Source of the DNA: an uncultured delta proteobacterium
GTDB lineage: Bacteria > Desulfobacterota > RBG-13-43-22
Length of the DNA: 64,000 bases
Assembly (NCBI GenBank): GCA_963843145.1
Contig: CAWJJC010000028.1
Span: 576,001-640,000, forward strand
Direction of reading: 5' to 3'
The stretch's first letter is position 1. The number at the start of each line of letters is the position of its first letter. Shown here piece after piece: positions 8,761 to 18,646 of the stretch. The position numbers and the translations under genes are program-made. The notes under the pieces are model-generated. The model made no database searches, was not told the DNA's origin, and saw nothing but the letters and a program-made list of their open reading frames with translations.

Positions 8761-10696
8761 AACGTTTACCATCCCCTTTAAGATTACCGATGAATTGACC
8801 TTGCCCAAGGTGCTCATAGAGACTGCCAAGAAATACGGCCACAACAAAGCCGCCATGCGGGAGAAGGAGTTCGGGCTCTGGAAGCCGATCACCTGGCAGG
8901 ATTACTTGGATCGAGTGAAGTATATCGCCCTGGGTCTGATCAGCCTGGGCTTGAAGCGGGAAGACAAGGTGGCCATGATCGGAGATAACCGGCCGGAGGG
9001 GCTCTGGGCCGAGATGGGCACCCTTTCGGCGGGAGGCATTGCCGTCTGGCTTTTTCAGGATTCCCTGCTGGACGAGGTGGCCTATATTATCAACCACTCC
9101 GACGCCGTCTTCCTGGTCGGTGAAGGGCAGGAAGAGGTGGACAAGGCCCTGTCGATCAAGGACCGCTGCCCCTATTTGAAGAAGATCATCTGGGACGATC
9201 CCAAGGGGATGCGCGGGTATGACGACCCCATGCTGATCAGTCTGAAGGAGGTCATGCGCCTGGGCCGGGAACTGGAACAAAAGGACCCGGGGATTTTTGA
9301 ACGTACGGTGGGCCAGGGCATGACCAAAGACGTGGCCCTGCTTTTCTACACTTCCGGGACCACGGCCTTGCCCAAAGGGGCGCTGCTCTCTCATTACAAC
9401 CTGCTGACCATGGGGCAGGCTATGATGGGCGTTGACCCCTGCACGCCCGAGGACGATTTCGTTTCCTTTTTGCCCTTTGCCTGGATCGGGGAACAGATGA
9501 TGTCCATCTCCAGCGGGTTGCAGGTGGGTTTTACCATCAATTTTCCCGAGGAGCCGGAGACCGCCCAGGAAAACATCCGGGAGATCGGCCCCCACGTCAT
9601 GTTCGCTCCCCCGCGGATGTACGAGCAGATGACCCGGACCGTGCAGGTCAAAAACCTGGATTCATCCTGGATCAAACGCCACATCTTTAACTGGGCCATG
9701 AAGGTCGGCTATCGGGTCGCCGATTTGAAGTTTGATAAAAAGCCGGTGCCGGTGGGCTGGCAGGTGTTACGCTGGCTGGCGTATATCATCGTTTTCAAAA
9801 AACTGCGGGACCATCTGGGCCTGAGCCGCGTGCGCAACGCCTATACCGGCGGCGCCGCCATGGGACCCGATCACTTCCGTTTTTTTCATTCTCTGGGAGT
9901 CAATCTGAAGCAGATCTACGGCCAGACGGAAATCGCCGGGATTTCCGTGCTCCATCGTAAGGGGGACATCAAGTTCGATACGGTGGGCACTCCCATACCC
10001 GGTACCGAGGTGAAGGTCACCGAGGAGGGGGAGATCATCTCCAAGAGCCCTTCGGTCTTTCTGGGCTACTACAAGAACCCGGAAGCCACCGAAAAAACCC
10101 TCAAAGACGGCTGGCTGTACTCCGGGGATAAGGGCTTTATCGATGAGGACGGTCACCTGGTGGTCTTTGACCGCTCCAAGGATGTGATGATCCTCCAGGA
10201 CAAGTCCATTTTTGCCCCTCAGTATCTGGAAACCCGCCTCAAATTCGCCCCTTTTGTGAAAGACGCCTGGGTCATCGGGCACGAACGACCTTATATCACC
10301 GCCGTGGTCTGTATCGATTATGCCGTGGTGGGCAAGTGGGCCGACGACAAGAAGCTCAATTACACCAGCTATCACGAACTCTCCCAAAAACCGGAGGTTT
10401 ATGATCTGGTTGAAAAGCAAATTCGAGAGGCCAACCGCAGTCTGAAAAAACCGGCTAAGGTTCATAAGTTTTTGAACCTTTATAAGGAATTCGATGCCGA
10501 CGACGAGGAGCTGACTCGGACCCGGAAGCTGCGCCGGGCCTTTGTGGAGAACCGCTATAAGATGCTGGTCGACGCCCTTTACCAGGACACCGACAGCGTT
10601 CACATGGATACCACCATCACCTATGAAGACGGCCGGGTGTCGCAGATCAAGACCGATCTGCACATCCGTAAAATACCCATCGAGGAGGGGAAGTAA
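8744..10696 (+). CDS. long-chain fatty acyl-CoA synthetase (AMP-binding)
   Basis: YTSGTTALPKG, YGQTE, GWLYSGDKG, ELTRTRKLRR; start inferred at MPHGDK. Confidence 0.9.
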   Translation: MPHGDKTFTIPFKITDELTLPKVLIETAKKYGHNKAAMREKEFGLWKPITWQDYLDRVKYIALGLISLGLKREDKVAMIGDNRPEGLWAEMGTLSAGGIAVWLFQDSLLDEVAYIINHSDAVFLVGEGQEEVDKALSIKDRCPYLKKIIWDDPKGMRGYDDPMLISLKEVMRLGRELEQKDPGIFERTVGQGMTKDVALLFYTSGTTALPKGALLSHYNLLTMGQAMMGVDPCTPEDDFVSFLPFAWIGEQMMSISSGLQVGFTINFPEEPETAQENIREIGPHVMFAPPRMYEQMTRTVQVKNLDSSWIKRHIFNWAMKVGYRVADLKFDKKPVPVGWQVLRWLAYIIVFKKLRDHLGLSRVRNAYTGGAAMGPDHFRFFHSLGVNLKQIYGQTEIAGISVLHRKGDIKFDTVGTPIPGTEVKVTEEGEIISKSPSVFLGYYKNPEATEKTLKDGWLYSGDKGFIDEDGHLVVFDRSKDVMILQDKSIFAPQYLETRLKFAPFVKDAWVIGHERPYITAVVCIDYAVVGKWADDKKLNYTSYHELSQKPEVYDLVEKQIREANRSLKKPAKVHKFLNLYKEFDADDEELTRTRKLRRAFVENRYKMLVDALYQDTDSVHMDTTITYEDGRVSQIKTDLHIRKIPIEEGK

Positions 10697-11580
10697 TGCA
10701 GCTATTCTTGCAAGCCCTGATTACCGGAATTATGATGGGCGGGATTTACGCCCTGGTGGCCCTGGGCTGGACCCTGATATATAAATGCTCCGGGGTGCTC
10801 AACCTGGCCATGGGAGAATTGACCCTGATCGGCGCGTATGTCTCCCTGACCTTATACCTTTGGGGAATCCCCTTTCTACTGGCCTTGCTTTTGAGCATCA
10901 TCATCGGCTTCATCCTGGGATTGATCACCGAGCGGCTCTTCCTGGACAAGCTGATCGGAGAACCGGTGCTGACGATCATTATGGTTACCGTGGGCCTGTC
11001 TTTCTTTTTCCGGGGCATCATCGTCTTCATCTTCGGGACCGACACCGTAATTTTTGACCCTCCGGTTTTCCCCATGAAACCCATCGAATTCGGCGGAATC
11101 ATAATCGGGCAGGTCTATCTCTGGAGCTTCATCGCCGCCATCGTGCTCCTGCTGGTCTTTGTCGCCTTTTTTCAGTACACTCGCTGGGGGCTCTCCATGC
11201 AGGCCACGGCCGACGATGAAATGGCCGCCCTCTCTCTGGGGGTCAGCGCCCGCTTCGTTTACGCCATCGCCTGGGGGATCGCCTTCGTCGCCGCCGGGGT
11301 GGGCGGGACCCTGCTGAGCAATATCAACGGCCTGAATATTTCGGTAGGCTACCTGGGCCTGCTGGTCCTGCCGGCCGTGGTCCTGGGCGGGTTGAATTCC
11401 GTTCCGGGGGCCATCGTGGGCGGGATTATCATCGGAGTGTTACAAAACTTAAGCGGCACCTACCTGGACCATTTTTTTCCCGGGGGGGTCAAGGAAATCG
11501 CCCCTTTCATCTTTATGGTCATCATCTTATTTTTTAGACCCTTCGGCCTCTGGGGTTGGGAACGGATTGAGAGGGTGTAA
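10696..11580 (+). CDS. LivH-like ABC permease
   Basis: GGIYALVALG, VLNLAMGE, TRWGLSMQATADD, AVVLGGL. Confidence 0.92.
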   Translation: MQLFLQALITGIMMGGIYALVALGWTLIYKCSGVLNLAMGELTLIGAYVSLTLYLWGIPFLLALLLSIIIGFILGLITERLFLDKLIGEPVLTIIMVTVGLSFFFRGIIVFIFGTDTVIFDPPVFPMKPIEFGGIIIGQVYLWSFIAAIVLLLVFVAFFQYTRWGLSMQATADDEMAALSLGVSARFVYAIAWGIAFVAAGVGGTLLSNINGLNISVGYLGLLVLPAVVLGGLNSVPGAIVGGIIIGVLQNLSGTYLDHFFPGGVKEIAPFIFMVIILFFRPFGLWGWERIERV

Positions 11581-11582
11581 CC

Positions 11583-12650
11583 ATGTCCTATTTACCTTGC
11601 GGTGTTTACCACGAAGTCTATCGGCAGGACCATGCCTTTTGGCAGACCAAATTCGTGATCTGGAAAATGATCCTCCTGGGAGTGTTCATTTTCTTCGTGA
11701 TCCCGTATCTGGGGGGGCTCTATGCCATCAGCGTGACCAACCTGATCTTCTATACCATCATGGGCGCCCTGGGGGTCCAGCTTTTGATCGGCTACTGCGG
11801 TCAGGTGACTTTGGGGCACGCGGCCTTTCTGGCTGTGGGGGCCTACACCAGCACCCTGCTCATGCTCCAGTTGAATGTGCCCTACCTACTGAGTATGTTT
11901 CTCGGCGGCCTGGTGGCGGGAATCTGGGGTATTCTTTTCGGTTTACCCTCGGCCAAGGTCAAGGGGTTTTATCTGATCATGACCTCCTTGGCCGCCCAAT
12001 TCGTGACCGTGGAGTTCATCCTGACCCAGTACGTCAGCCAGATCGGCGGTCGGGGCCAGGCCTTTTCCCTGCCTCCGGGCACCATCACCATCGGCCCCCT
12101 GGTTATAGATACCGATACGAAAGTCTATTATCTGGGGGCGATCCTGACCATTCTTTTGACCCTGGGTCTGGCCAATCTCCTGCGTTCCAAGGTGGGCCGG
12201 GCCTGGGTCGCCATCCGGGACAACGACATCGCCGCGGAGACCATGGGCATCAATATCATCACCTACAAGCTGATGGCCTATTTTGTGGCCGGCTTCATCG
12301 GCGGCATCGCCGGCGCTTTCTGGGTGAGCAACCTGGCCGCCCTGAGTCCCGAGCATTTCCAGTGGTTCTGGTCCCTTTGGCTGGTGGGGGTGATCCTGAT
12401 CGGCGGCGTGGGCAGTATCTACGGGACCATTTTCGGCTCCCTGTTCATGGTGCTGATCCTGGAGGCCTTAAAATTTATCATCATTCCCCTGACCCCCCTC
12501 TATCCGTCCATCGGTATGAAAATGATGTCCTTGAAAGACGCCGTCTTCGGTTTGTCCATCGTAGTTTTTTTGATGTACGAGCCCAACGGTTTGGCTTACC
12601 GCTGGTGGCAGGTTAAGAACTATTTTAATCTTTGGCCTTTTTCTTACTAA
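11583..12650 (+). CDS. LivM-like ABC permease
   Basis: GYCGQVTLGHAAF, GRAWVAIRDNDIAA, LIGGVGS, EPNGL. Confidence 0.92.
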   Translation: MSYLPCGVYHEVYRQDHAFWQTKFVIWKMILLGVFIFFVIPYLGGLYAISVTNLIFYTIMGALGVQLLIGYCGQVTLGHAAFLAVGAYTSTLLMLQLNVPYLLSMFLGGLVAGIWGILFGLPSAKVKGFYLIMTSLAAQFVTVEFILTQYVSQIGGRGQAFSLPPGTITIGPLVIDTDTKVYYLGAILTILLTLGLANLLRSKVGRAWVAIRDNDIAAETMGINIITYKLMAYFVAGFIGGIAGAFWVSNLAALSPEHFQWFWSLWLVGVILIGGVGSIYGTIFGSLFMVLILEALKFIIIPLTPLYPSIGMKMMSLKDAVFGLSIVVFLMYEPNGLAYRWWQVKNYFNLWPFSY

Positions 12651-12738
12651 GGAGGTGATGGCCAGGAAAGAGCAAGGGTTATCAGAAGACTCGAATTTTT
12701 AAATTGCTGTTATTCAGAAAACCAAAGAGGAGGTTGGT

Positions 12739-13995
12739 ATGATGAAGAAGAATTGCGTTTCGTGGGTAGTGGTTTTATTGATCACCTTAGTGATGACGAC
12801 GGGGATGGTTTACGCCCAAAACGAAATCCGTGTCGGAGCGATTAACGATATGACCGGCGGCACGGCCGATGTGGGCAAGGATTACGCCCTGGGCATCGCC
12901 GAGGCCATAGCCTATGTGAACGATACCGGCGGCATCAACGGCAAGAAAATAAAGCTTTTTCAATACGACTATGGCTACCGCATTCCGGAGGCCATCACCA
13001 CCTACAAACGGTTTCGAGATTTCGATAAGGTCGTGGCCGTCCTGGGCTGGGGAACCGGGGATACGGAAGCCCTTTCACCGACGGTAACCAGGGACAAGAT
13101 GCCCTATGTCTCCGCGTCTTATTCCGCCCACCTGACCGATCCGAAAAAGACGCCATATAATCTTTTTTTCGCCTCCGACTATTCCACCAATGCCCGGGCC
13201 GCCATTACCGTCTGGTATGACCATGTCTGGAAGAAGGACCCCCGTTTCAAGGACCGGGTGGCCAAGGGGGAAAAACCCCGCTTTGTTTGTTTTTACGCCT
13301 TCCCGGTCCCTTACGCCAGCGCCCCGATCAAGGCCATCAAGGACCAGGCCGTCCTGCTGGGGTTTGAGGTGGGGCCCGACCAGGACGTGGCCTTAACCGC
13401 GTTGGATGCCAAAAGCCAGGTGTTGGGGGCCAAGCAGTTCAAACCCGACCTGGTCTGGCACGGAAACACCACCATGTCCGTGGCCACGGCTCTGCGGGAT
13501 GCCTATGCCCTGGGCTTAGGGGCCGATCATATCGTCGATAACTGGGGGTTTGATGAAAACCTTCCCCGGCTGGCCGGTCCGGCCGCGGAAAACGTAATGG
13601 GCGTCGCGGTCTGCGCCTTCTTCGGCGGCAAGGCCCCCATGATGGACAAGATCAAGGCCTATGCCAAAAAGATGAACCCCGGGGTTCCGGAAAACAAACG
13701 GACGACCCACACCATTCAGGCCTGGGGCGATGTGCTGTTATTGACGGATGCCATGAAGATCGCCGACAAAAAGGGCAAGATGACCGGCGAGTCGATCATG
13801 AGGGCCATGGAAACCTTTAAGAATAAAGATTTGGGCGTAGGCTCGTTGCCGGTCAGCTTCACGGCTACCGACCACCGGGCGGCCAGCGGCTGTCCCATCT
13901 ACAAGATTGTTAAAGGCAAGTTTGTCCTGGTCGACATGCCGGACCTGAAGAAACGCTGGCCGGAAAAATGGGAAAAGGAGTGGTTAGGCTGGTAA
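12739..13995 (+). CDS. ABC substrate-binding protein (LivJ/K-like)
   Basis: signal peptide; NDTGGINGKKI; GWGTGDT; operon context. Confidence 0.9.
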   Translation: MMKKNCVSWVVVLLITLVMTTGMVYAQNEIRVGAINDMTGGTADVGKDYALGIAEAIAYVNDTGGINGKKIKLFQYDYGYRIPEAITTYKRFRDFDKVVAVLGWGTGDTEALSPTVTRDKMPYVSASYSAHLTDPKKTPYNLFFASDYSTNARAAITVWYDHVWKKDPRFKDRVAKGEKPRFVCFYAFPVPYASAPIKAIKDQAVLLGFEVGPDQDVALTALDAKSQVLGAKQFKPDLVWHGNTTMSVATALRDAYALGLGADHIVDNWGFDENLPRLAGPAAENVMGVAVCAFFGGKAPMMDKIKAYAKKMNPGVPENKRTTHTIQAWGDVLLLTDAMKIADKKGKMTGESIMRAMETFKNKDLGVGSLPVSFTATDHRAASGCPIYKIVKGKFVLVDMPDLKKRWPEKWEKEWLGW

Positions 13996-14081
13996 AACTG
14001 CAGACAGCTTCCAGATCTCAGCTTTCAGCTTATTTAGAGGGCCAGCTAATTGCTGATCGCTGAAATCTAACAGCTCATTAA

Positions 14082-14906
14082 ATGGAGGTAAGGCCGTTGG
14101 CAGACGAACCGATCCTAAAAATCAACAGCATTGAGGTCAAATATCATGAGGTGATTCTGGTGCTGAAGGGCGTGTCGATCGAAGTCCCGAAGGAAGGGAT
14201 TGTGGCCCTTTTGGGGGCCAACGGGGCGGGTAAGAGCACCACGTTGAAGGCCATTTCCGGCCTGCTCAAACATGAAGACGGTAAGGTGACCGATGGCAAC
14301 ATCACCTTCATGGGGGAGCGGATCGATCGAAAAAACGCCGAAGATATCGCCAAATCCGGTGTCATCCAGGTCATCGAGGGCCGCCGGGTTTTTGAACACC
14401 TAACGGTGGAACAGAACCTGAAAGTAGGCGCCCACTTACGGCGGGACCGTAGTTCCGTCAAACAAGGTTTGGAGATGGTTTATCACTATTTCCCCCGGCT
14501 GAAAGAGAAACGCAGTGAAACCGCGGGCTTCATCAGCGGGGGGGAGCAGCAAATGTGCGTGGTCGGTCGGGCCTTGATGGCCAACCCCAAGCTGATGCTG
14601 CTGGATGAACCCTCCATGGGTCTGGCCCCCATGCTGATCAAGGAGATTTTTAATATCGTCACCCGGTTGCATCGGGAGTCCAAGATCGCCATCCTGCTGG
14701 TGGAGCAGAACGCCAAGCTGGCTTTGAGCGTGGCCCCTTATGCCTACGTGATGGAAAACGGCCGGATCGTCATGGACGATACCGCTGAAAAATTATCCGA
14801 GAACCCGGATATTAAGGACTTCTATCTCGGCCTGACCGATTTGGGAACCCGAAAAAGCTTTCGAGACATCAAACACTATAAACGCCGTAAACGGTGGCTG
14901 ACCTAA
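14082..14906 (+). CDS. LivF-like ABC ATP-binding protein
   Basis: GANGAGKSTT, SGGEQQM, LLDEPSMGLAP, VEQN, FYLG. Confidence 0.92.
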   Translation: MEVRPLADEPILKINSIEVKYHEVILVLKGVSIEVPKEGIVALLGANGAGKSTTLKAISGLLKHEDGKVTDGNITFMGERIDRKNAEDIAKSGVIQVIEGRRVFEHLTVEQNLKVGAHLRRDRSSVKQGLEMVYHYFPRLKEKRSETAGFISGGEQQMCVVGRALMANPKLMLLDEPSMGLAPMLIKEIFNIVTRLHRESKIAILLVEQNAKLALSVAPYAYVMENGRIVMDDTAEKLSENPDIKDFYLGLTDLGTRKSFRDIKHYKRRKRWLT

Positions 14907-14918
14907 GGGAGGATTCGA

Positions 14919-15536
14919 ATGAGAAAAATCGCGATCGCTTTGTTGATGTTGGGTGTTTTGGGACTGGTGGCCTTGCCCTGTCTGGCCGCTGATGAAAAGG
15001 CCCCTGCGGCCAAACCGGCCCCACTAATGGGTAAAGGGAAGGCCACAAAAATGGCGGCCGCCAAGGCCCCGGTGGTCAAATTGGAGCGGGTCGATATCGC
15101 CAATTACTGGTCTTTTTATCTGGATCCCAAGGAAAAAAGGGGCTCGGCCTTGAACCTGGCTTTTGTCTTTTCCATGGAAAACCCGAATAATTATAAGGTC
15201 ATGTTGGATGGTATGAAATTTACCGTTTCCTTTGAGGAATTTGAAGTCAATACCATTACTAATTTTGATAATAATTACATCCCGGGGAAAACCACCGATC
15301 ACCTGCGCATCAACGGGGCCTTTGATCCTTACAGTATGATGGTCCTGCTGTTGGTCACCAAGGGGAATCGACTGCAGGAAATGAATGTCAAGGCCCCGGA
15401 TCTGGTAAAAAAATGGTGGGAAGAGGTCCAGGATTTTAAGTTCCCCATCACGGTGAACGGTACGGCTACCTTTGTGGGACCCGATGGGAAAAACATGATC
15501 GTTCCTTTCGAAGGCACTTTTCCGCCTAAGTCCTAA
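14919..15536 (+). CDS. exported hypothetical protein (beta-rich, possibly LEA_2-like)
   Basis: GGAGG RBS, signal peptide, alternating beta pattern with NPN motif. Confidence 0.75.
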   Translation: MRKIAIALLMLGVLGLVALPCLAADEKAPAAKPAPLMGKGKATKMAAAKAPVVKLERVDIANYWSFYLDPKEKRGSALNLAFVFSMENPNNYKVMLDGMKFTVSFEEFEVNTITNFDNNYIPGKTTDHLRINGAFDPYSMMVLLLVTKGNRLQEMNVKAPDLVKKWWEEVQDFKFPITVNGTATFVGPDGKNMIVPFEGTFPPKS

Positions 15537-15563
15537 GTACCCGCGGTCGTGGAAATCTGGTAC

Positions 15564-15603
15564 CAGGGGCCGAGCTGGTTGATAGCTCCGGCCCCTTTTT
15601 TTT
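15564..15603 (+). terminator. intrinsic terminator
   Basis: AGGGGCCG-AGCT...AGCT-C-CGGCCCCT followed by a T run. Confidence 0.75.
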
Positions 15604-15731
15604 AACTTGGCTGTAAGTAAGCTCTTTCAGAAAAATCACTTCATCAATTAATAATCAATTGTTCATTATTAACTGTTAATAAAGGCTTTGTGGTGCCGAG
15701 TTCTATTTTCGAATTAACCGAGGGAGGGACC

Positions 15732-17015
15732 ATGGCTACCAAGAAAGAACGCGCTACCGGCTATTTTTCCAAGTTGGAAACCATGACCGGGACGGAACGC
15801 CGCCGGTATTTAAATAAAAAGTTGAAGCAGATCGTGGCCTATGCCTATGAAAAAGCCCCGGCCTTCAAAAAGAAGATGGACCGGGCCAAAATGAAACCTC
15901 AGGATGTCCAGACCGTGAAAGATCTGGAACGGCTGGGCATTACCGAAAAGACCGATCTCATCGGCATGCAGAAAAAAAGCCCGCCCTTCGGCGGCTTTAA
16001 CGGGGTACCACCGGAATCCCTGAGCAGGATCTTTGTCTCCCCGGGGCCGATCTATGAACCGGGAGAAAGGCATTACGAGGATACCCGCTGGGCCCAGGGG
16101 TTGTTCGCCGGTGGATTTCGGGCCGGGGACATCTGCCAGGTTACCTTCAGCTACCACTTGGTCCCCTTTGCCTTCATGCTTGATGAATCGCTGCGCTTAT
16201 TGGGCTGCCGGACGATTCCGGCCGGCGTGGGAAACACCGAACTTCAAATCCAGACCTTGAAGGATCTCAAGGTCTCCGGCTTTTTGGGCACCCCCAGTTT
16301 CCTCCATGCGATCTTGCAGCGTTCCAAAGAAGTAGGTCTCAAACCAAAGAAGGACCTATCCCTGAAGACCGCCTTTGTAGCCGCTGAAATGCTCCCTGAA
16401 TCGCTTCGGGACGGCATCGAGTCCGAATGGGGGATCATGATCCGTCAGAGCTACGGGACGGCCGACATCGGTTGTTTGGGCTTTGAATGTGTGGAGAAAA
16501 ACGGCATGCATTTCCCCGACGATTGCATCGTGGAGATTGTCGACCCCCTGACCGGCAAGCAACTGGGGCCCGGCGAGGTGGGTGAGGTGGTGGGGACTTG
16601 TTTCAATCCGGTCTATCCCCTGATCCGCTTCGGGAGCGGAGATCTTTCCTATTTCAGTGATGAACCCTGCCCCTGCGGGCGCACCTCCCCGCGGCTGATC
16701 CGGATTGTGGGCCGGGTGGACCAGGTCACCAAAGTGAAAGGCATGTTCATCCATCCCGGCCAGGTGGACGCCGTGGCGGCCAAGTTTTCGGAACTCTGCG
16801 GATGCCAGGTGGTGGTCACCCGCGAGAAGCATCAGGATCAGATGGTTTTTCGGGCGGAACTGATCGGTCCCTGCCGGGACCCGAAGAAGCTGACCGAGGA
16901 CTTGAAAAAAACCATCCAGGATATTCTCCGCCTGCGGGGAGAGGTCCAGCTCCTGAGCAAAGGTTCCCTTCCCAAAGGGGCCAAAAAAATTGAAGATAAG
17001 AGGGTCTGGGAATAG
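15732..17015 (+). CDS. phenylacetate-CoA ligase (PaaK)-like AMP-binding protein
   Basis: SPGPIYEP, QSYGTADIG, PLIRFGSGDLS, GRVDQVTKVKGMFIHP. Confidence 0.88.
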   Translation: MATKKERATGYFSKLETMTGTERRRYLNKKLKQIVAYAYEKAPAFKKKMDRAKMKPQDVQTVKDLERLGITEKTDLIGMQKKSPPFGGFNGVPPESLSRIFVSPGPIYEPGERHYEDTRWAQGLFAGGFRAGDICQVTFSYHLVPFAFMLDESLRLLGCRTIPAGVGNTELQIQTLKDLKVSGFLGTPSFLHAILQRSKEVGLKPKKDLSLKTAFVAAEMLPESLRDGIESEWGIMIRQSYGTADIGCLGFECVEKNGMHFPDDCIVEIVDPLTGKQLGPGEVGEVVGTCFNPVYPLIRFGSGDLSYFSDEPCPCGRTSPRLIRIVGRVDQVTKVKGMFIHPGQVDAVAAKFSELCGCQVVVTREKHQDQMVFRAELIGPCRDPKKLTEDLKKTIQDILRLRGEVQLLSKGSLPKGAKKIEDKRVWE

Positions 17016-17137
17016 GCCTAATACGAATGGTCAATTATCAATTATTAATTAAGAATTGAGAGTTGATTATTGATTATTGGCTAAAAGGAGCCCTCGATTT
17101 TCCACTTTTAGTAATTCCTTTTTCACGTTTACCGAAG

Positions 17138-17170
17138 GCCCTCCCCGGTCAGTGGAGGGTCTTTTTTATT
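17138..17170 (+). terminator. intrinsic terminator
   Basis: GGCCCTCC...GGAGGGTC then TTTTTT. Confidence 0.55.
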
Positions 17171-17241
17171 CCCTTGACAACCTCCCGGAGGACCAGTAAA
17201 TTATTAAGTTTAGATTAAAAAAACAAACTGAGGAGGTTGCG

Positions 17242-17688
17242 ATGTCGTTAAGTACGTTACCGGAAATCATTCAATTCGCCATCGATAAGGAGAAAAATGC
17301 CCAAGCTTTTTACCGTTCGGCTGCCGGCCTTTCGCAATACCCCGGGATCCCGACTCTTTTTGAAGAGCTGGCCGATGAGGAACAAAAACATGAAAAAATG
17401 TTAGAAAATATTGGGCAGGGGGCCAGCATTCCGGAGGCCGGCGGGATGGTTCCTGACCTGAAGATCAGCGATTATCTGGTGGATCTTACTTTTTTCCCCA
17501 ATATGAAGTATCAGGAAGTCATGATCCTGGCCATGAAAAATGAAGAGAAATCGATGAAGTTTTACCAGGCCTGGTCGGAAAAGGCCGCCCAGGCGGACCA
17601 CAAAAAATTGTTTGCCCATCTGGCCGAAGAGGAGGCCAAACATAAATACCGTTTGGAATCCATCTATGACCAAGAAATTTTAGATTAG
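17242..17688 (+). CDS. rubrerythrin/ferritin-like di-iron protein
   Basis: two E-x6-Y...EExxH repeats (AIDKEKNAQAFY...DEEQKH; AMKNEEKSMKFY...EEEAKH); TTGACA-N17-TAAATT promoter at 17174. Confidence 0.85.
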   Translation: MSLSTLPEIIQFAIDKEKNAQAFYRSAAGLSQYPGIPTLFEELADEEQKHEKMLENIGQGASIPEAGGMVPDLKISDYLVDLTFFPNMKYQEVMILAMKNEEKSMKFYQAWSEKAAQADHKKLFAHLAEEEAKHKYRLESIYDQEILD

Positions 17689-17689
17689 G

Positions 17690-18646
17690 ATGGAGCCCAT
17701 TCCAATCCCTAACGAAGAATCCAGTCTCCTTTCAGAGGACGACCGGAACCATCCTCCCGGCGATGAACCCAAGGCGGGGCCGGTTGTTCCTTATGATCCC
17801 CTCCAGCGGTATCTGCGAGAGATCAATCGCTATCCGCTGTTGAGCCCGGATGAAGAAAAGGAACTCCTGCTCCGTTATCACCAAAATCAGGATTCGGAGG
17901 TGGCCTATAAATTAATCACCTCCAATCTCCGTCTGGTGGTCAAGATCGCCATGGAATTCCAGCGTTATTGGATGCAAAACCTGCTGGACCTGATCCAGGA
18001 GGGGAACATCGGTCTGATGCAGGCGATCAAAAAGTTTGATCCCTTTCGGGGGATCAAACTTTCTTACTACTCCTCTTTCTGGATCAAAGCCTATATCCTT
18101 AAATTCATCATGGATAACTGGAAGCTGGTCAAGATCGGGACTACCCAGGCCCAACGGAAACTCTTTTACAATTTAAAAAAAGAAAAAGGCAAGTTATTGG
18201 CCATGGGGATTGATCCGGCCCCCAAACTGCTTTCGGAAAAATTTCAGGTTTCGGAACAGGATATTATCGAGATGGATCAACGACTGGGTGAATGGGAATT
18301 GTCCTTGGATGCCCCGGTAAGTGAAAGCTCTCCGGAGGATCATAAGGCCTTTCTGCCGGACAAGTCTGCTTCCCCGGAAGCGGCCCTCTCCAAACTGGAG
18401 TTAAAAACGATCCTGAAGTCGAAACTGGATGATTTCCAAAAGGGACTTACCCCTCGAGAAAAAGAGATCTTCGAAAAGCGGATCCTCACCGAAGAACCGT
18501 TGACCCTTCAGGAACTGGGAGACCATTTCCGGGTTTCACGAGAGAGGGTCCGCCAATTAGAAGATAAGTTATTAAAAAGATTAAAAGTGTACCTGGAAAA
18601 GGAATTGCCGGGCTTGAAGCCGGATTTTTTACATGTCGCCTTCTAA
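17690..18646 (+). CDS. rpoH: RpoH-like (sigma-32 family) sigma factor
   Basis: SNLRLVVKIA, DLIQEGNIGLM, LVKIGTTQAQRKLFYNL (RpoH box), VSRERVRQLE. Confidence 0.9.
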   Translation: MEPIPIPNEESSLLSEDDRNHPPGDEPKAGPVVPYDPLQRYLREINRYPLLSPDEEKELLLRYHQNQDSEVAYKLITSNLRLVVKIAMEFQRYWMQNLLDLIQEGNIGLMQAIKKFDPFRGIKLSYYSSFWIKAYILKFIMDNWKLVKIGTTQAQRKLFYNLKKEKGKLLAMGIDPAPKLLSEKFQVSEQDIIEMDQRLGEWELSLDAPVSESSPEDHKAFLPDKSASPEAALSKLELKTILKSKLDDFQKGLTPREKEIFEKRILTEEPLTLQELGDHFRVSRERVRQLEDKLLKRLKVYLEKELPGLKPDFLHVAF

